Shown: piece by piece, positions 49,401 to 61,735 of the stretch | Layout of the letters: every line of letters starts with the position of its first letter | Position numbering within the stretch: the first letter of the stretch is position 1 | Origin: Mobula hypostoma | Taxonomy: Eukaryota | Direction of reading: 5' to 3' | Length of the DNA: 64,000 nucleotides | Assembly (NCBI RefSeq): GCF_963921235.1 | Contig: NC_086107.1 | Coordinates: 106,704,001-106,768,000, forward strand | Program-made: the position numbers and the translations under genes | Notes under the pieces: generated by a model | Databases searched by the model: none | What the model was told of the DNA's origin: nothing | The model's input: only the letters and a program-made list of their open reading frames with translations

Positions 49401-51009
49401 AGAGAAGGCTGGGGATGAGGAAGGAAAATAATGAAACAGGCCTATGCCCCCCCCCCCCAGAATAAGGCAGGAGCTGGAGATGAGGGAGGTGGGGTTGAGA
49501 AAGTGAGAGAGAGGGTACAGCTGGCATATCAAGGAGGTGGTATCTATTATTAAGGACATTCATCGTGCCCTCTTCTTATTAGTACCATCGGAGGTGGGGG
49601 AGTACAGGAGCCTGAAGACCTCCACTCAACGATTCAGAAACAGCTTCTTCCCTTCCACCATCAGATCCGAGAAAATTACCCCATTACTCATTTGTCTTCT
49701 ATTTTTGCAATTTATAGTCATTTTACCACAAACTACAAATTTCACATCACTTAATTCAGTGATAAGAAGCCTGATTCTTTAATCCAGAGAGTAGCGGTGA
49801 CAAATACTGTCTGCTGTCACCCACGTTAATCTGATCTGCTGGTAGTGGGATACTTTGTGTTGCACAAGGTTAGAGTCCCCAGTGGAGGTTTCAGCTCACT
49901 TGCCGTTAGACCCCTGAACTTCAGACAGTGAGAGGAAGCTGGAGGGTGGGGGAGAGAAGTTAAACAAGCACAGGGGTTTGCTGCGGTGGGAACAGTTTAT
50001 TGTATTCCTCTGTGAAGCTGACGTCCTTTAAACGTTCCATCGCAAAGAGCACCAGGTAACCCTGCAACGGGAAGGTGTATGAGCCGGGTGAAACAGGCAG
50101 CTACGATCAAGGAGACGGCATAGCACTGACGTGGCGGCTGACTGCCAGTACACCAGCGTCGAGCGTTTGCTGCTCCCTCCCACCACAACCAGGCATGGGC
50201 TTTAAACCTTTTACCCGTGACTCCCTTGGCTTGTGTCTCCTGTGAAAGTGCGGGAGGGCACACGTGAGCGTAGAGCTGTATAGTGCAAGAACAGGCCCTT
50301 CAGCCCACAATGTCTCTGCCAGCCATGAGGCCAAATTAAACCAAATCTCTGTTCCTGGCAGTTTACTTGCAAATGTCTCCCCACCATGCAAGGAGACATC
50401 GCCAGTGCGCTATCGATCGCGGTGTGACCTTTATATACTTTTTGATCAGCTGATTGCATGTCATTTTGGAAATTCAATAGCGACGCAGGGAGGAGATCTT
50501 GTCGCTGAGTGGCAAACGTCGTGCACCTTGAGCCAACGCAGGCAAAACCCCTGACCACAAGCACAAAGTTCACCACAAGGCCAATCAGCTGACTGAAAAG
50601 CATATAAAGGCCAAGCATCCGGAGGACCCGCCACATTCAACGGTGCACTGACGATGTCTCCTCGCATGGTAACGAAACGTTTGCAAGTGAATTGCCAAGA
50701 CCGGGGAAAAACTCAACCCAACCATCAGCCACCTGAGCTACACACCTTCTGAATTAAACCAAACTCCTTCTGCCTACACATGATCCTCATCCCTCCATTC
50801 CCTGTGTATTTATGTGTCTATCTTACAGCCCCTTCAATGCTCCTTTTTGCACCCACCACTCCCCACGGCAACCTGTTCCAGGCTCCTGTCACACTCTGGT
50901 TCAAAAAACATGACCCATAATCTCCTTTAAACTTTCGCCCTCACTTTAAATGAAGTTCCGTATTGGCATTTCTACCCCGGGAAAAAGTTCTGTGATTGTC
51001 TGCCTATTG

Positions 51010-51224
51010 GGCTGGCTGGTGGTGTAGTGGCATCAGCACTGGACTTCAAGGCAGAAGGTCCTGAGTTCAAAACCCAGCCAGGTCCCAACCTGGGCAGCAG
51101 CAGTATCTGTGCAGAAGAAAGGCCTGGCGATCTACTTCTGCTTCTTGGCATGAAAACCCCGTGGACCCTAAGGTCCACGGACTCACAAAGAGTCGGACTC
51201 AACTTAACGACTGAACAATAACAA
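51010..51224 (+). mobile_element. tRNA-derived SINE with an RTE/BovB-type 3' tail
   Basis: A-box TGGTGTAGTGG, B-box-like GAGTTCAAAACCC, and tail GTCCACGG..CACAAAGAGTCGGACTCAACTTAACGACTGAACAATAACAA. Confidence 0.7.
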
Positions 51225-52265
51225 ACTTATCTTCACCTCACTATTTCTAGAGTCATGGAAAACTACAGCACAGAAACAGGTCTATCAAGTCTTTGCTGAA
51301 CCATCAATCTGCCTGGCCATCAACCTGCACTGGGACCATAGCCCTCCATATCCCTCCTGTCCACATATCTATCCAAGCTTCTCTTAAATATTGAAATTGA
51401 CCCCACATCCACCACATTTGCCGGCAGTTCGTTCCACACTCTCACCACTATGAGAGTGAAACTGCCCCTCATGTTCCCCTTTCATCCTTAACCCATCACC
51501 TCTAGTTCTAGTCTCACCCAACCTCAGCCTGCTTGCATTTACCCTATCTATTTACCCTATTCTTTTAATCTCACTTACATCTTCCCTGTAGGTAGGTGAC
51601 CAAAACTGCACACAATACTCTAAATTAGACCTCACGTTCTGCCTTATACAATTTAAACATAACATCCTACTCCTGTACTCAATACATTGATATGTGAAGG
51701 TCAATGTGCCAGAGCTCTCTTTACGACCCTATCTACCTGTGGCACCACTTTCAAGGAATTATGGATCTGTAATCCCAGATCCCCTTGTTCCACAGCACTC
51801 CTCATAGCTCGTCCATTTTTCAGCCCATTTTTCCAGCTGATCCAGATCCTGCCGCAAGCTCTGATATCCTTGCCCCCAGTCTTGGTGTTATCCGCAAATT
51901 TGCTGATCCAGTTAGCCACGTTATCATCCAGATCATTAATACAGATGACAAACAACAACGGACCAGCACCAATCCCTGTGGCACTCCACTAGTCACAGGC
52001 CTCCAGTCAGAGGGGCAACCCTCTATGACCACTTTCTGGCTTCTCCCACAAAGCCAATGTCTAATCCAATTTACTAGCTCATCTTGAATGCCAGCGACTG
52101 AGCCTTCTTGACCAACCTCCCATGCAGAACCTTGATAAAGACCTTGCTGAAGTCCACATAGACAACATCCACTGCCCTGCCTTCATCAACTTTCCTGGTA
52201 ATTTCCTTGAAAAACTCTTAAAATTGGTTAGACGTAACTTACCACAAACAAAGCCATGCTGACCA

Positions 52266-52461
52266 TCTGTAGCTACACACATCAAAGTTGCTGGTGAACG
52301 CAGCAGGCCAGGCAGCATCTCTAGGAAGAGGTACAGTCGACGTTTCGGGCTGAGACCCTTCATCAGGACCTTTTCCTAGAGATGCTGCCTGGCCTGCTGC
52401 GTTCACCAACAACTTTTATGTGTGTTGCTTGAATTTCCAGCATCTGGAATTTCCTCGTGTT
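52266..52461 (-). mobile_element. Fold-back mini-element with intact minimal hammerhead ribozyme core (52335-52370)
   Basis: 58-bp arms at 52275-52332 / 52368-52425. TSD TGCTGACCA (52257-52265, 52462-52470). Minus strand reads GGTC-CTGATGA-A-GGGT-CTCA-GCCC-GAAA-C-GTC-GACT. Confidence 0.85.
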
Positions 52462-54129
52462 TGCTGACCAACTCTAATCATCTATACAACCATCCATGTC
52501 TATCCAAATACTTATATATCTGATCCCTTAGAATACCTTCATACACCTTTCCCATTACTGATGTCAGACTCACTGGCCTATAATTTCCTGCCTTATCCCT
52601 ACAGCACTTTCTTAAACAATGGAACAACATTGGCTAACCTCAGTATCTCTGCTAAGGCCCTACAATTTTGACACCAACCTCCCACAGGATCCGAGGGAAC
52701 ACCTTGTCCACCCTAATTTGCCTCAAGACTGCCTAGTCCCATCAACTTGCACCAGGACCACAGCCCTTCATTCCCCTCCCGTCCACGTATCTATCCAAAC
52801 TTCTCAGTAATCTATATAGGGTCCATAACTTCACTGCTGCATTGCCTCACGTCTATAGATTGTGTCCATCTCCTGAGTAAATACAGATGCAAAAAAATCC
52901 ATTTAAGATCTCTTCCATCTCTTTCAGCTCCACGCATAGATTAGCACTCTTGATATTCTAGAGGACCAATTTTGTCCCTTGCTATCCTTTTGCTCTTAAT
53001 TTACCTATAGAAGCCCTTAGGAGTCTCCTTCACCTTGTCTGCTAGAGCAACCTCATGTCTTCTTTTAGCCCCCCTGACTTCCTTCTTCAGTGTTCTCTTG
53101 CATTTCTTATACTCAAGTACCTCATTGTTCCCACCTGACCATACCTGCTCTGTACCTCGTCCTTCTTAACCAGGGCCTCAGTATCTGTCAAAAACCAAGG
53201 TTCCCTAAACCTGGTATCCTTGCCTTTTATTATGACGGAAACATACAAACTTTGTACTCTCAAAATTTCACTTTTGAAGGCCTCCCAGTTACCTTTACAT
53301 TACATCTTTGCCAGAAAACATCCTATTCCAGTCCACACTTGCCAGGTCCTTTCTGATAGCATCAAAATTGGCCTTTCTCCAATTTAGAATCTCAACCAGA
53401 GTACCAGACCTATTCTTTTCCATAATTACCTTGAAACAAATGGCATTAACATCATTAGACACAAACTTTCTGTCACCTGCCCTGTCTCATTTCCTAATAT
53501 GAGATCTGGTATTGCACTCTCTCTAGTTGGGACTTCTATGCAACGATTAAGGAAACTTTCCTGAACACATTTGACAAACCCAATCCCATCCAACCCTTTT
53601 ACAGTCACCTATCACAACCTTAGGTTTCTTGCAACAGTCTGCAATTGTTTTATAAATTTGTTCCTCTAAATTCTGCTGGGTGGTCTATAATATAATCCCA
53701 TTAACGTGGTCGTACCTGTCTTATTCCTCAGTTCTACCGATAAAGCCCCACTAGACAAGCTCTCCAGCCTGTCCTGACTGAGCTTTGCCATGACGTTTTC
53801 CCCGACTAGTAATGCCAGCCCTCCCCTGTTAATCCCTCCCACTCTATCACGTCTAAAACAACGGAATCCTGGAACGTTGAGCTGCCAGACCGACCCTTCC
53901 TGTAACCAAGTCTCACTAACGGCTACAATGTCATGATCCATGCCCCAAGCTCATCCACCTTTCCTACAATGCTCCTTGTATTGAAATATACACAGCTCAG
54001 AACATTAGTCCCAGGGCGCTCAATCTTTCGTTTCCTGACCTTGTATATAGACTTAAGAACATCTTTCTCCACAACCATTCCACTATCTGTTCTGACATTC
54101 TGGTTCTCAACCTCCTTCAACTCTGGTTC

Positions 54130-54323
54130 GCGAACACAAGGAAATCTGCAGATGCTGGAATTTCAAGCAACACACATAAAAGTTGCTGGTGAACGCAGCA
54201 GGCCAGGCAGCATCTCTAGGAAGAGGTCCTGACGAAGGGTTTTGGCCCGAAACGTCGACTGTACCTCTTCCTAGAGATGCTGCCTGGCCTGCTGCGTTCA
54301 CCAGCAACTTTGATGTGTGTTGC
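54130..54323 (+). mobile_element. Fold-back mini-element with intact minimal hammerhead ribozyme core (54225-54260)
   Basis: 61-bp arms at 54167-54227 / 54263-54323 with 1 mismatch. TSD TCAACTCT(G/A)GTTC (54117-54129, 54324-54336). Core GGTC-CTGACGA-A-GGGT-TTTG-GCCC-GAAA-C-GTC-GACT. Confidence 0.85.
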
Positions 54324-56740
54324 TCAACTCTAGTTCTCTAGTTTTAAACACCACCCCCTCCCCACCCCTGTGCTGCACGAGCAAAGCTTCCCGCTAGCAT
54401 GTATGTCTTCATAATTTTTATAAACTTCTATCAGGTCTCCCTCAGCCTCCAGTACTCCAGATAAAACAACCCAAGTTTAGTATCATAGAAGAGGACAGCA
54501 CAATTTTGTGCCAAACCAGCTAAAAAGCAAATCAATAGCACCCAAACACTAATCCCTCCTACCTACACCATGTCCATATTCCTCCATCCACGTGCCTATC
54601 TAAAATCTCCTAAAAGCCTCTAAAGTACTTGCTTCTACCACAATACCACCCAGCGCATTCCAGGGATCTGCCACTCTCTGATAAAAAACTTGCCCCTCAC
54701 ATCCCCCTTGAATCTACCCCTCTGGTATTAGACATTTTCAACTCTGGGAAACAGATACTCTCTGTCCACTCTATCTATGCCACTCATAATCTTATAAAAC
54801 CTGTCAGATCTCCCCTCAGCCTCTGACGCTCCAGAGAAAACAACCTAAGTTTATCCAGCCTCTCATTATATCACATGCTCTCTAAACCAGGCAGCATCCT
54901 GGTGAACCTCTTCTGCATCCTCTTCAAAGCCTCAAAATTTTTCCTACAGTAGGGCGACCAGAACTGTACACAATACTGCGGACGTGGCCTAACCAGAGTT
55001 TTATAAAGTTGCAACTTTTGAACTCAATGCCTCGACTAATTACCTCCCCTTAGAGCAAATGCTCTCTATTCCAGGCAGCATATTGGTAAAGCTCTTCTGC
55101 ACCCTCTCCAAAGGACTCTACATCCTCCTGTAATGTGGTGACCAGAAATATAGTGCAGCCGAACTAATAAGTTTTGTACAACTGTAACATGACTTCCTTC
55201 CTCTTATACTCAATGCCACGACCATTCTCCGTCTTAACCACCTTATCTAATTGTGTAGTGACCACCAGGGGGCTCTGGACTTGGACCACCCCAGATCCCT
55301 CTGACTGCCTTCTATTGTCTGGCCTGTGGAAGCAGTTCGAGAGCATCTGCAGAATATTTAACAAGGGGACAGCAAAGCTCATCCCAATTGCACCCTTCTC
55401 AGGCATCCCAGAATTTTCCCCATTTCCCAGTGCTCATCAGGGAGTGGTAAGCCTGTGTTATTCAGGACTGTGAGGATGACTATCTCACTTCATACAATTT
55501 GCTGGACAAAGTAGAAATGGCTGAATTATTCAGGCTGTGCATCACAGGGGGCAGCAGAGTGGCACTGCTGGTAGAGCTGCTACCTTGCAGCTCCAGTTGA
55601 ACTGGGTTCAATCCTGACATCAGGTGCTGTCTCCGTGGCGTTGGCACGATTTCCCTTTCAGGTGCTTCCCAAAGATTCACAGGCAGGTAGGTTAATTGGC
55701 CACTGTGCCCCTAATGTAGACAAGTCGTAGATTCATGAGGGGTGGGGAGAATAAAATTGGAGTTGAATAATGTACTAGCATAATGGGTAGATGATGGTCA
55801 TCATGGGTTCGATAGGCCAAAGGGCCTATTTCCAAATTACATCTGTCAACGACTCTTTAATTCCATAAACAGGCTTTATAAAGAGGGCATTGGTAACGTC
55901 AGGAACAAAGCGAAGCTCTCTCTACACTGTCCCATCCAACACTTCCAGAGCAGGGATAAGCCAAGTTCAATACGATATATCTCCAATACTATCCCACCAA
56001 ACATTCTCTGGACAGGTAGGGCACAGGTTAAGTACAGAGTAAAGTCCCTTATACACTTCACCCATCAAAAATTCCCTAGGCCAGATACAAGACCATGATG
56101 CATTGGAGCAGAATTATGTAATTCGGCATATTGGGTCTACTCTGCCATTCCATCAAGGCTGATTTATTATCCCTCTCAACCACATTCTCCTGCCTTCTCT
56201 CCATAACCTTTGACGCTCTGACTAATCAAGAACCTATCGACCTCCACTGGCTTGGCATCCACGGCTGTCTGTGGCAATGAATTCCACAGATTCACTACCC
56301 TTTGGCTAAAGAAATCTTCTCTCATCTCTGTTCCAAAGGGACATCTTTTTAATCTGAGGCTGTCCCCTCTGGTCCTGGGACACCCCACTATAAGAAGTAC
56401 TCTCTACACGTCCACGAGGCCTTTAAATATTTGCTAGATTTCAATGGCCAAGTCATCGGGCATAGGACCCAGGACAGCTATAATACAGCACAGAGCAAAA
56501 CCAACTCTACAAAGTATTTCACATGCCCATTACTGAGACACCATCCTACTGTCCTGTCCATTGAGACGAAGAAGGGTAGATACCATAAGGCTCAATTGTC
56601 ACTCCCGCCCAATACGCCAGAATTACACAATTCCGATGATGATACACAGGAACAGGGCTTGAGAATTCCCTTTTGTGTGGCCTGTTCTATCAGGACTCGC
56701 AGCCTTGTCTAGAGACAAGACATAGTGGCCCAGTGGGATG

Positions 56741-56852
56741 CAAACACGAGGAATTCTGCAGATGCTGGAAATTCAAGCAACACACATCAAAGTTGCTGGT
56801 GAATGCAGCAGGCCAGGCAGCATCTCTAGGAAGAGGGACAGTCGACGTTTCG
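56741..56852 (-). mobile_element. Truncated Penelope-like terminal repeat insertion
   Basis: Perfect 14-bp TSD GGCCCAGTGGGATG (56727-56740, 56853-56866). Confidence 0.85.
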
Positions 56853-56967
56853 GGCCCAGTGGGATGGTCGGTTTCGCCAACAGGCCTCGAGGGGGAGGAG
56901 GGACGCCACCTCACTCCGCAGGCTTTGCTAACTGTAGGCCGCTGGTCGACCAGGGTCGGGTACTCAC

Positions 56968-57116
56968 CCAGGTGAAGATTGAGAAGAAGGAGAAGGTGAT
57001 GGCGGCACGAGCAGCGTCTGCCCCCTCCTTCAGCGGGTTGTCTTCAGCGAGGTTCGTGGCCTGCCACTGGTTGGTGAGGAAGCAGAAGCTCACAAACCAC
57101 AGGAAGGACCAGCAGC
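56968..57116 (-). CDS. SYNGR1: Synaptogyrin-1 exon 3
   Basis: (G)CWSFLWFVSFCFLTNQWQATNLAEDNPLKEGADAARAAITFSFFSIFTW; ctgtag / gtgagt; 149 nt; upstream intron of 115 nt. Confidence 0.95.
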
Positions 57117-57231
57117 CTACAGCAGGGGAAGGGGAAGACACAAATGAAAGATGTAACACTTGGCCCCAGCACCTGTCAACACCCCCCTCCCCCACAGAGA
57201 CCCGCCCTCCCGCCGGCAGCCCGTCACCCAC

Positions 57232-57469
57232 CTGAAAATCCGATATCCCCCAAGACCACCTTCTTCCGGTCCTTGACGCTGCTGATCTGCGGGAAGTAGG
57301 CGTCGAGGGCGAGGAAAGCCAGGCACCCGAGGAAGGCCAGCACCCCGATGGTAATGCCATAGTTACAAGCGTTGGCATTGCGATTGAAGACACAGTGCTC
57401 CTCGATCTCGCTCGGTCGGTTCACGTAGCCCTCGTTGACGATCGATCCAAATACAACAATCGAGAAAAG
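57232..57469 (-). CDS. SYNGR1: Synaptogyrin-1 exon 2 (MARVEL domain)
   Basis: LFSIVVFGSIVNEGYVNRPSEIEEHCVFNRNANACNYGITIGVLAFLGCLAFLALDAYFPQISSVKDRKKVVLGDIGFS; ccccag / gtgggt; 238 nt. Confidence 0.95.
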
Positions 57470-58687
57470 CTGGGGAGGATGCACACACAAGGTGGAGAGT
57501 AAGAGGGAGAGATAGAGGTGATGAGAGTACGAGGCAGACAGTGAGAGAGAGTGAGGTAGATGGAGTGAGTGTGCCAGTGATACCGGGGGGGGAGGAGATA
57601 GAGGGGCAGCAAGCCAGGGCGGAGTTGGCAGGGCAGGGTCACACCAAGAGTGAAGGTACAACAGAAAGTGCCAAGGAAAGGGAGAAGAGAAAAAATGAGA
57701 AAGCTATTAGTTTTTCAATACATTCAAACAACCTGACGTGTTGATGCATTGCCGCCTTTTGTGCCAAGATGAGGCCACCCGCAAGGTGGAAGATCAACAC
57801 CTTAATTCCACCTGGGTACCCTCCGACCTGATGGCATGATTATCAATTTCTCCTTCCGGTGAGCAAATTTCACCCCTCACCCCTTCCTCTGTCCCCCCCC
57901 CTCACTTCTTCTCACCTGCCTATTACTTCCCCCCGGGTCCGCTCCTCATCCCCTTTCACCTACGGTCCACTCTCCTATCAGATTCCTTCCTCTCCAGCCC
58001 TTGACCTTTCCCATCCGCCTGGCTTCACCTATCACCTTCCTGCGAGCCCGCTACCCTCCCCCTCCCTTCTCAGTCCTGAAGAAGGGCCTCGGCCCGAGAT
58101 GTCGGCTGTTTATTCATTTCCATAGATGCTGCCTGCCCTGCTGAGTTCTTCCAGTGTTTTGTGTTTGTTAATATGTAAAAGCTCTTCTAACAGCTAGAGG
58201 CACCTCAAAAACAGCTGGAAAAAATATAAACTGGTATCTCGATGTTAAAATAGGTAAGGAGATGTGAAAGAAACAATGCTAAAGGAGCATCATAAAAGAG
58301 GGAAGGGAAGATGCTTAGGGAGGGAATTTCAGGCCTATGGCCCAGGCAGCTTAAAACAGGCCTGTTAATGGCGATTAGACTTCTCACCAACAACAGGCGG
58401 GTGCAGAATCGGGGTGGTTAGAGATTCAGGGTGGGGTGAGGGCAGAAAAGAATTTGAAAACAAGGGCACAAACCCTAAAACAGTGAAAGGCAGTGAGCGC
58501 AGGGACGAGGGAGAAGGAGGTGTCAGCTAGCAGAGCTTTGAGGCACTCAGAGTTGGACAAGATGACCAGGAAAATGTTGACGTACCAAGAGTGAGGGTGA
58601 AGTTTCAGCTACAAATAAGCTGAGGTGGCACGTATCTAGGCAAGGCCGTGAAAGTAGAGGCAGCTAATATTCGCTAACAGCAAGGAT

Positions 58688-59540
58688 ATACACACAGTAG
58701 CCACTTTATTAGGTACAGCTGCTCGTTAATGTAAATATCTAATCAGCCAATCATGTGGCAGCAACTCAATGCATAAAAGCATGCAGACATGGTCAAGAGG
58801 CTCAGCTGCTGTTCAGACCAAATATCAGAATGGGGAAGAAATGTAACCGAAGTGACTTTGACTGAGGAATGATTACTGGGGCCAGACAGGGTGGTTTGAG
58901 TATCTCAGAAACTGCTGTCTCCTGGGATTTTAAAGGTGCACAACAATCTCTAGAGTTTATAGAGAATGGTGTGAAAAACAAACAAAAAGTCGAGTGAGCC
59001 GCAGTTCTGTGGGCAAAGAGCCTTTTTAATGAGAGAGGTCAGAGGAGAATGGCTAGATTGGTTCCAGCTGACAGGAAAGTGACAGTAACTTAAATAACCA
59101 CACGTTACCACAGTGGTGTCATCAAATCAAATGCCTGTTATTGTGCTGGTGTTCAGGGCGGCAATAAGAATACTTCATTGCTGTTTCTGTAACAATTTTT
59201 TTAAATCTGACCAGTCAGGGTTGTTGGCCCCAAACCTGGACCACTCTTAGTCTGGCCTCTACCCTGTGACCTGTTTGGAAGGGTGACCCTACCAAGAGCC
59301 AAAGCACGAGGCCCTGACTCCGGCCAACATCGCTCACCGGCTCACTGAGGCACGCGAGCCTCCAAATGCCATGACAAGGTGTGGTCCTTCGGGAGGCAGA
59401 AGTGGTGTGCAGAAGAGCATCTCTGGATGCACAACAAGATGAACCTTGAAGTGGATGGGTAGCAGAAGAACCACGAATATAGTGAGTGGCCACGTTATTA
59501 AGCACAGGAGGTACACAATAGACTGACAACTGAGTGTATG
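58688..59540. mobile_element. Tc1/mariner-derived element with an RTE-like insert (~59120-59395)
   Basis: Starts TACACACAGTAGCCACTTTATTAGGTAC and ends ACTGAGTGTA. Confidence 0.7.
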
Positions 59541-60139
59541 GTCCGAATTAATTTTAAGATCAAGTGTAACATGAAGGTTGTCCAATCTAGGACTATTTCC
59601 TTAATTTCTTAGCATCTGGCAATCATTAGTAAAGTCATCATTCATTATCCATGCAAAACTATCTTTGAATTGGTTGTGAAGGATGACGGAAAATCTCACT
59701 GAAACCTATCGAACATTGAAAGGCTTCGATAGAGTGGATGCGGAGAGGTTGTGTCCTGTAACAGGGGAGTCTTAAGACCAGAGGGCACAGCCTCAGAATA
59801 GAGTGGTGTCCTTTTAGAACAGAGGTGAGCAGAAATTACTTTAGCCAGAGAGTGGTGAATCTGTGGCCACAGGCAGCTGTGGAGGCCAGGTCATTACATA
59901 TGTTTAAGGCAGTGTTTGATAGATTCTTGATTAGTCAGGAATTAGTTATGAAGGGGTACAGAGAGAAGGCAGGAGATTAGGACTGAGAGGGAAAATGATG
60001 AAATGGTAGAGCAGACTCAATGGGCCAAATGGCCTAATTCTGCTCCTATATCTTATATGATCTTATGATGCAGCCTTGAACCAGTGCAGTCCTTCTGGTG
60101 AAGGTCAACCACAGGGTTTTTCAAGAAGCTGGCCCAGCA

Positions 60140-60722
60140 ATGATGAATTACCGAGAGGTAATGTTGCAGCTGTATGGGACCCTGGTCAGACCCCACTTGG
60201 AGTACTGTGCTCAGTTCTGGTCGCCTCACTACAGGAAGGATGTGGAAACCATAGAAAGGGTGCAGAGGAGATTTACAAGGACATCGCCTGGATTGGGGAG
60301 CATGCCTTATGAGAATAGGTTGAGTGAACTCGGCCTTTTCCCATTGGAGCGATGGAGGATGAGAGGTGACCTGATAGAGGTGTATAAGATGATCGTGTGG
60401 ATAGTCAGAGGCTTTGTCCCAGGGCTGAAATTGCTAGCACGAGAGGACACAGTTTTAAGGCGCTTGGAAGTAGGTACAGAGGAGATGTCAGGGGTAAGTT
60501 TTTTTACACAGAGAGTGGTGAATGCGTGGAATGGGCTGACGGCGACGGTGGTGGAGGCGGAAATGATAATGGTCTTTCAGAGTCTCCTGGACAGGTACAT
60601 GGAGCTTAGAAAAATAGAGGGCTATGCGTAACCCTAGGTAATTTCTAAGGTAAGGACATGTTCAGCACAGCTTTGTGGGCAGAAGGGCCTGTATTGTGCT
60701 GTAGGTTTTCTATGTTTCTAAC
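60140..60722 (+). mobile_element. CR1 LINE 3' end
   Basis: REVMLQLYGTLVRPHLEYCAQFWSPHYRKDVETIERVQRRFT; tail TTCTATGTTTCTA. Confidence 0.9.
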
Positions 60723-60919
60723 CAGTGATAAATTTCCAAGTCACAATGTGTGAGACTTGGACAAGAACCCACAGGTGGACAATACTGGTTTGAGAGATGG
60801 TATTGGAAGTAGCCTAGACAAGTAACTGATCACAGAAAGGGGATGAGAGTATAGGATGATGGATTAGGTACAAATCAAGTAGATTACTTTGTTCAAAATG
60901 AGGTCAGACCCCTTCAGAG

Positions 60920-61735
60920 CAAAACACAAAATGCTGGAGGAACTCAAGTCAGGCAGCATCTATGGAGATGAATAAACAGTTGACGTTTTGAGCTGAGACC
61001 CTTCTTCAAGGCTGAAAAGTAAGGGGGAAGATGATGGAATAAAAAGGTTGGGGGGAGAGGAAGGAGGCTAGCCGGGAGGTGATAGATGAAGCCAGGTGGG
61101 AGGAAAAGGTCAAGGCTGGAGAAGAAGGAATCTGATCGGAGAGGAGAGTGGACCATGGGAGAAAGGGAAAGGCAAGGGGGAGATGATAGGTAGGTGAGAA
61201 GAAGAGGGGGTAAGAGATGGCTAGACTTGCTTTAACTCTAAGGCAGGATAAGGGAGAAAGGGAAGGAGGAAGGGACCCAGGGGGAAGTAATAGTCAAACA
61301 ACAGGAATTCTGCAGATGCTGGAAATTCAAGCAACACACATACAAGTTGCTGGTGAACGCAGCAGGCCAGGCAGCATCTCTAGGAAGAGGTGCAGTCGAT
61401 GTTTCAGGCCGAGACCCTTCATCAGGACTAACTGAAGGAAGAGTGAGTGAGGGATTTGAAAGTTGGAGGGGGAGATCCAAAATGATAGGAGAAGACAGGA
61501 GGGGGAGGGATGGAGCCAAGAGCTGGACAGGTGATAGGCAAAAGGGATACGAGAGGATCATGGGACAGGAGGTCCGGGAAGAAAGATGGGGGGGGGACCC
61601 AGAGGATGGGCAAGGGGTATATTCAGAGGGACAGAGGTAATAGTCAGGCAGGATGAGGTAAAAGGTCAGAGTGGGGAATAGAGGAAGGGGGATTTTTTTT
61701 AACCAGCAGACATCGACATTCATGCCATCTCCAGA
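60920..61735 (-). mobile_element. Penelope-like fragment with a younger Penelope-like copy nested at ~61296-61636
   Basis: Duplication GTAATAGTC (61287-61295, 61637-61645). Hammerhead motif at 61394-61429 on the minus strand. Confidence 0.75.

Larger units (their letters stand above)
51250..54400 (-). mobile_element. Internally deleted CR1 LINE (APE endonuclease plus RT remnants) in SYNGR1 intron 3
   Basis: DIVAVSETWL...FRRDR...GGLALLV (endonuclease); VTSGVPQG and INDLDDNVANWISKFADNTK (RT); multiple frameshifts. Confidence 0.9.

Noticed and set aside
55880..56690. Degenerate ~65-bp repeat (CTACACTGTCCCATC..ACA) in SYNGR1 intron 3
   Set aside because: It is too decayed to define units or function; probably an old interspersed or tandem repeat.
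59215..59340. Possible further HDV-like ribozymes in RTE-like fragments (also 33900-34020)
   Set aside because: I could not assemble a complete P1-P4 pseudoknot by eye; the copies appear deleted.
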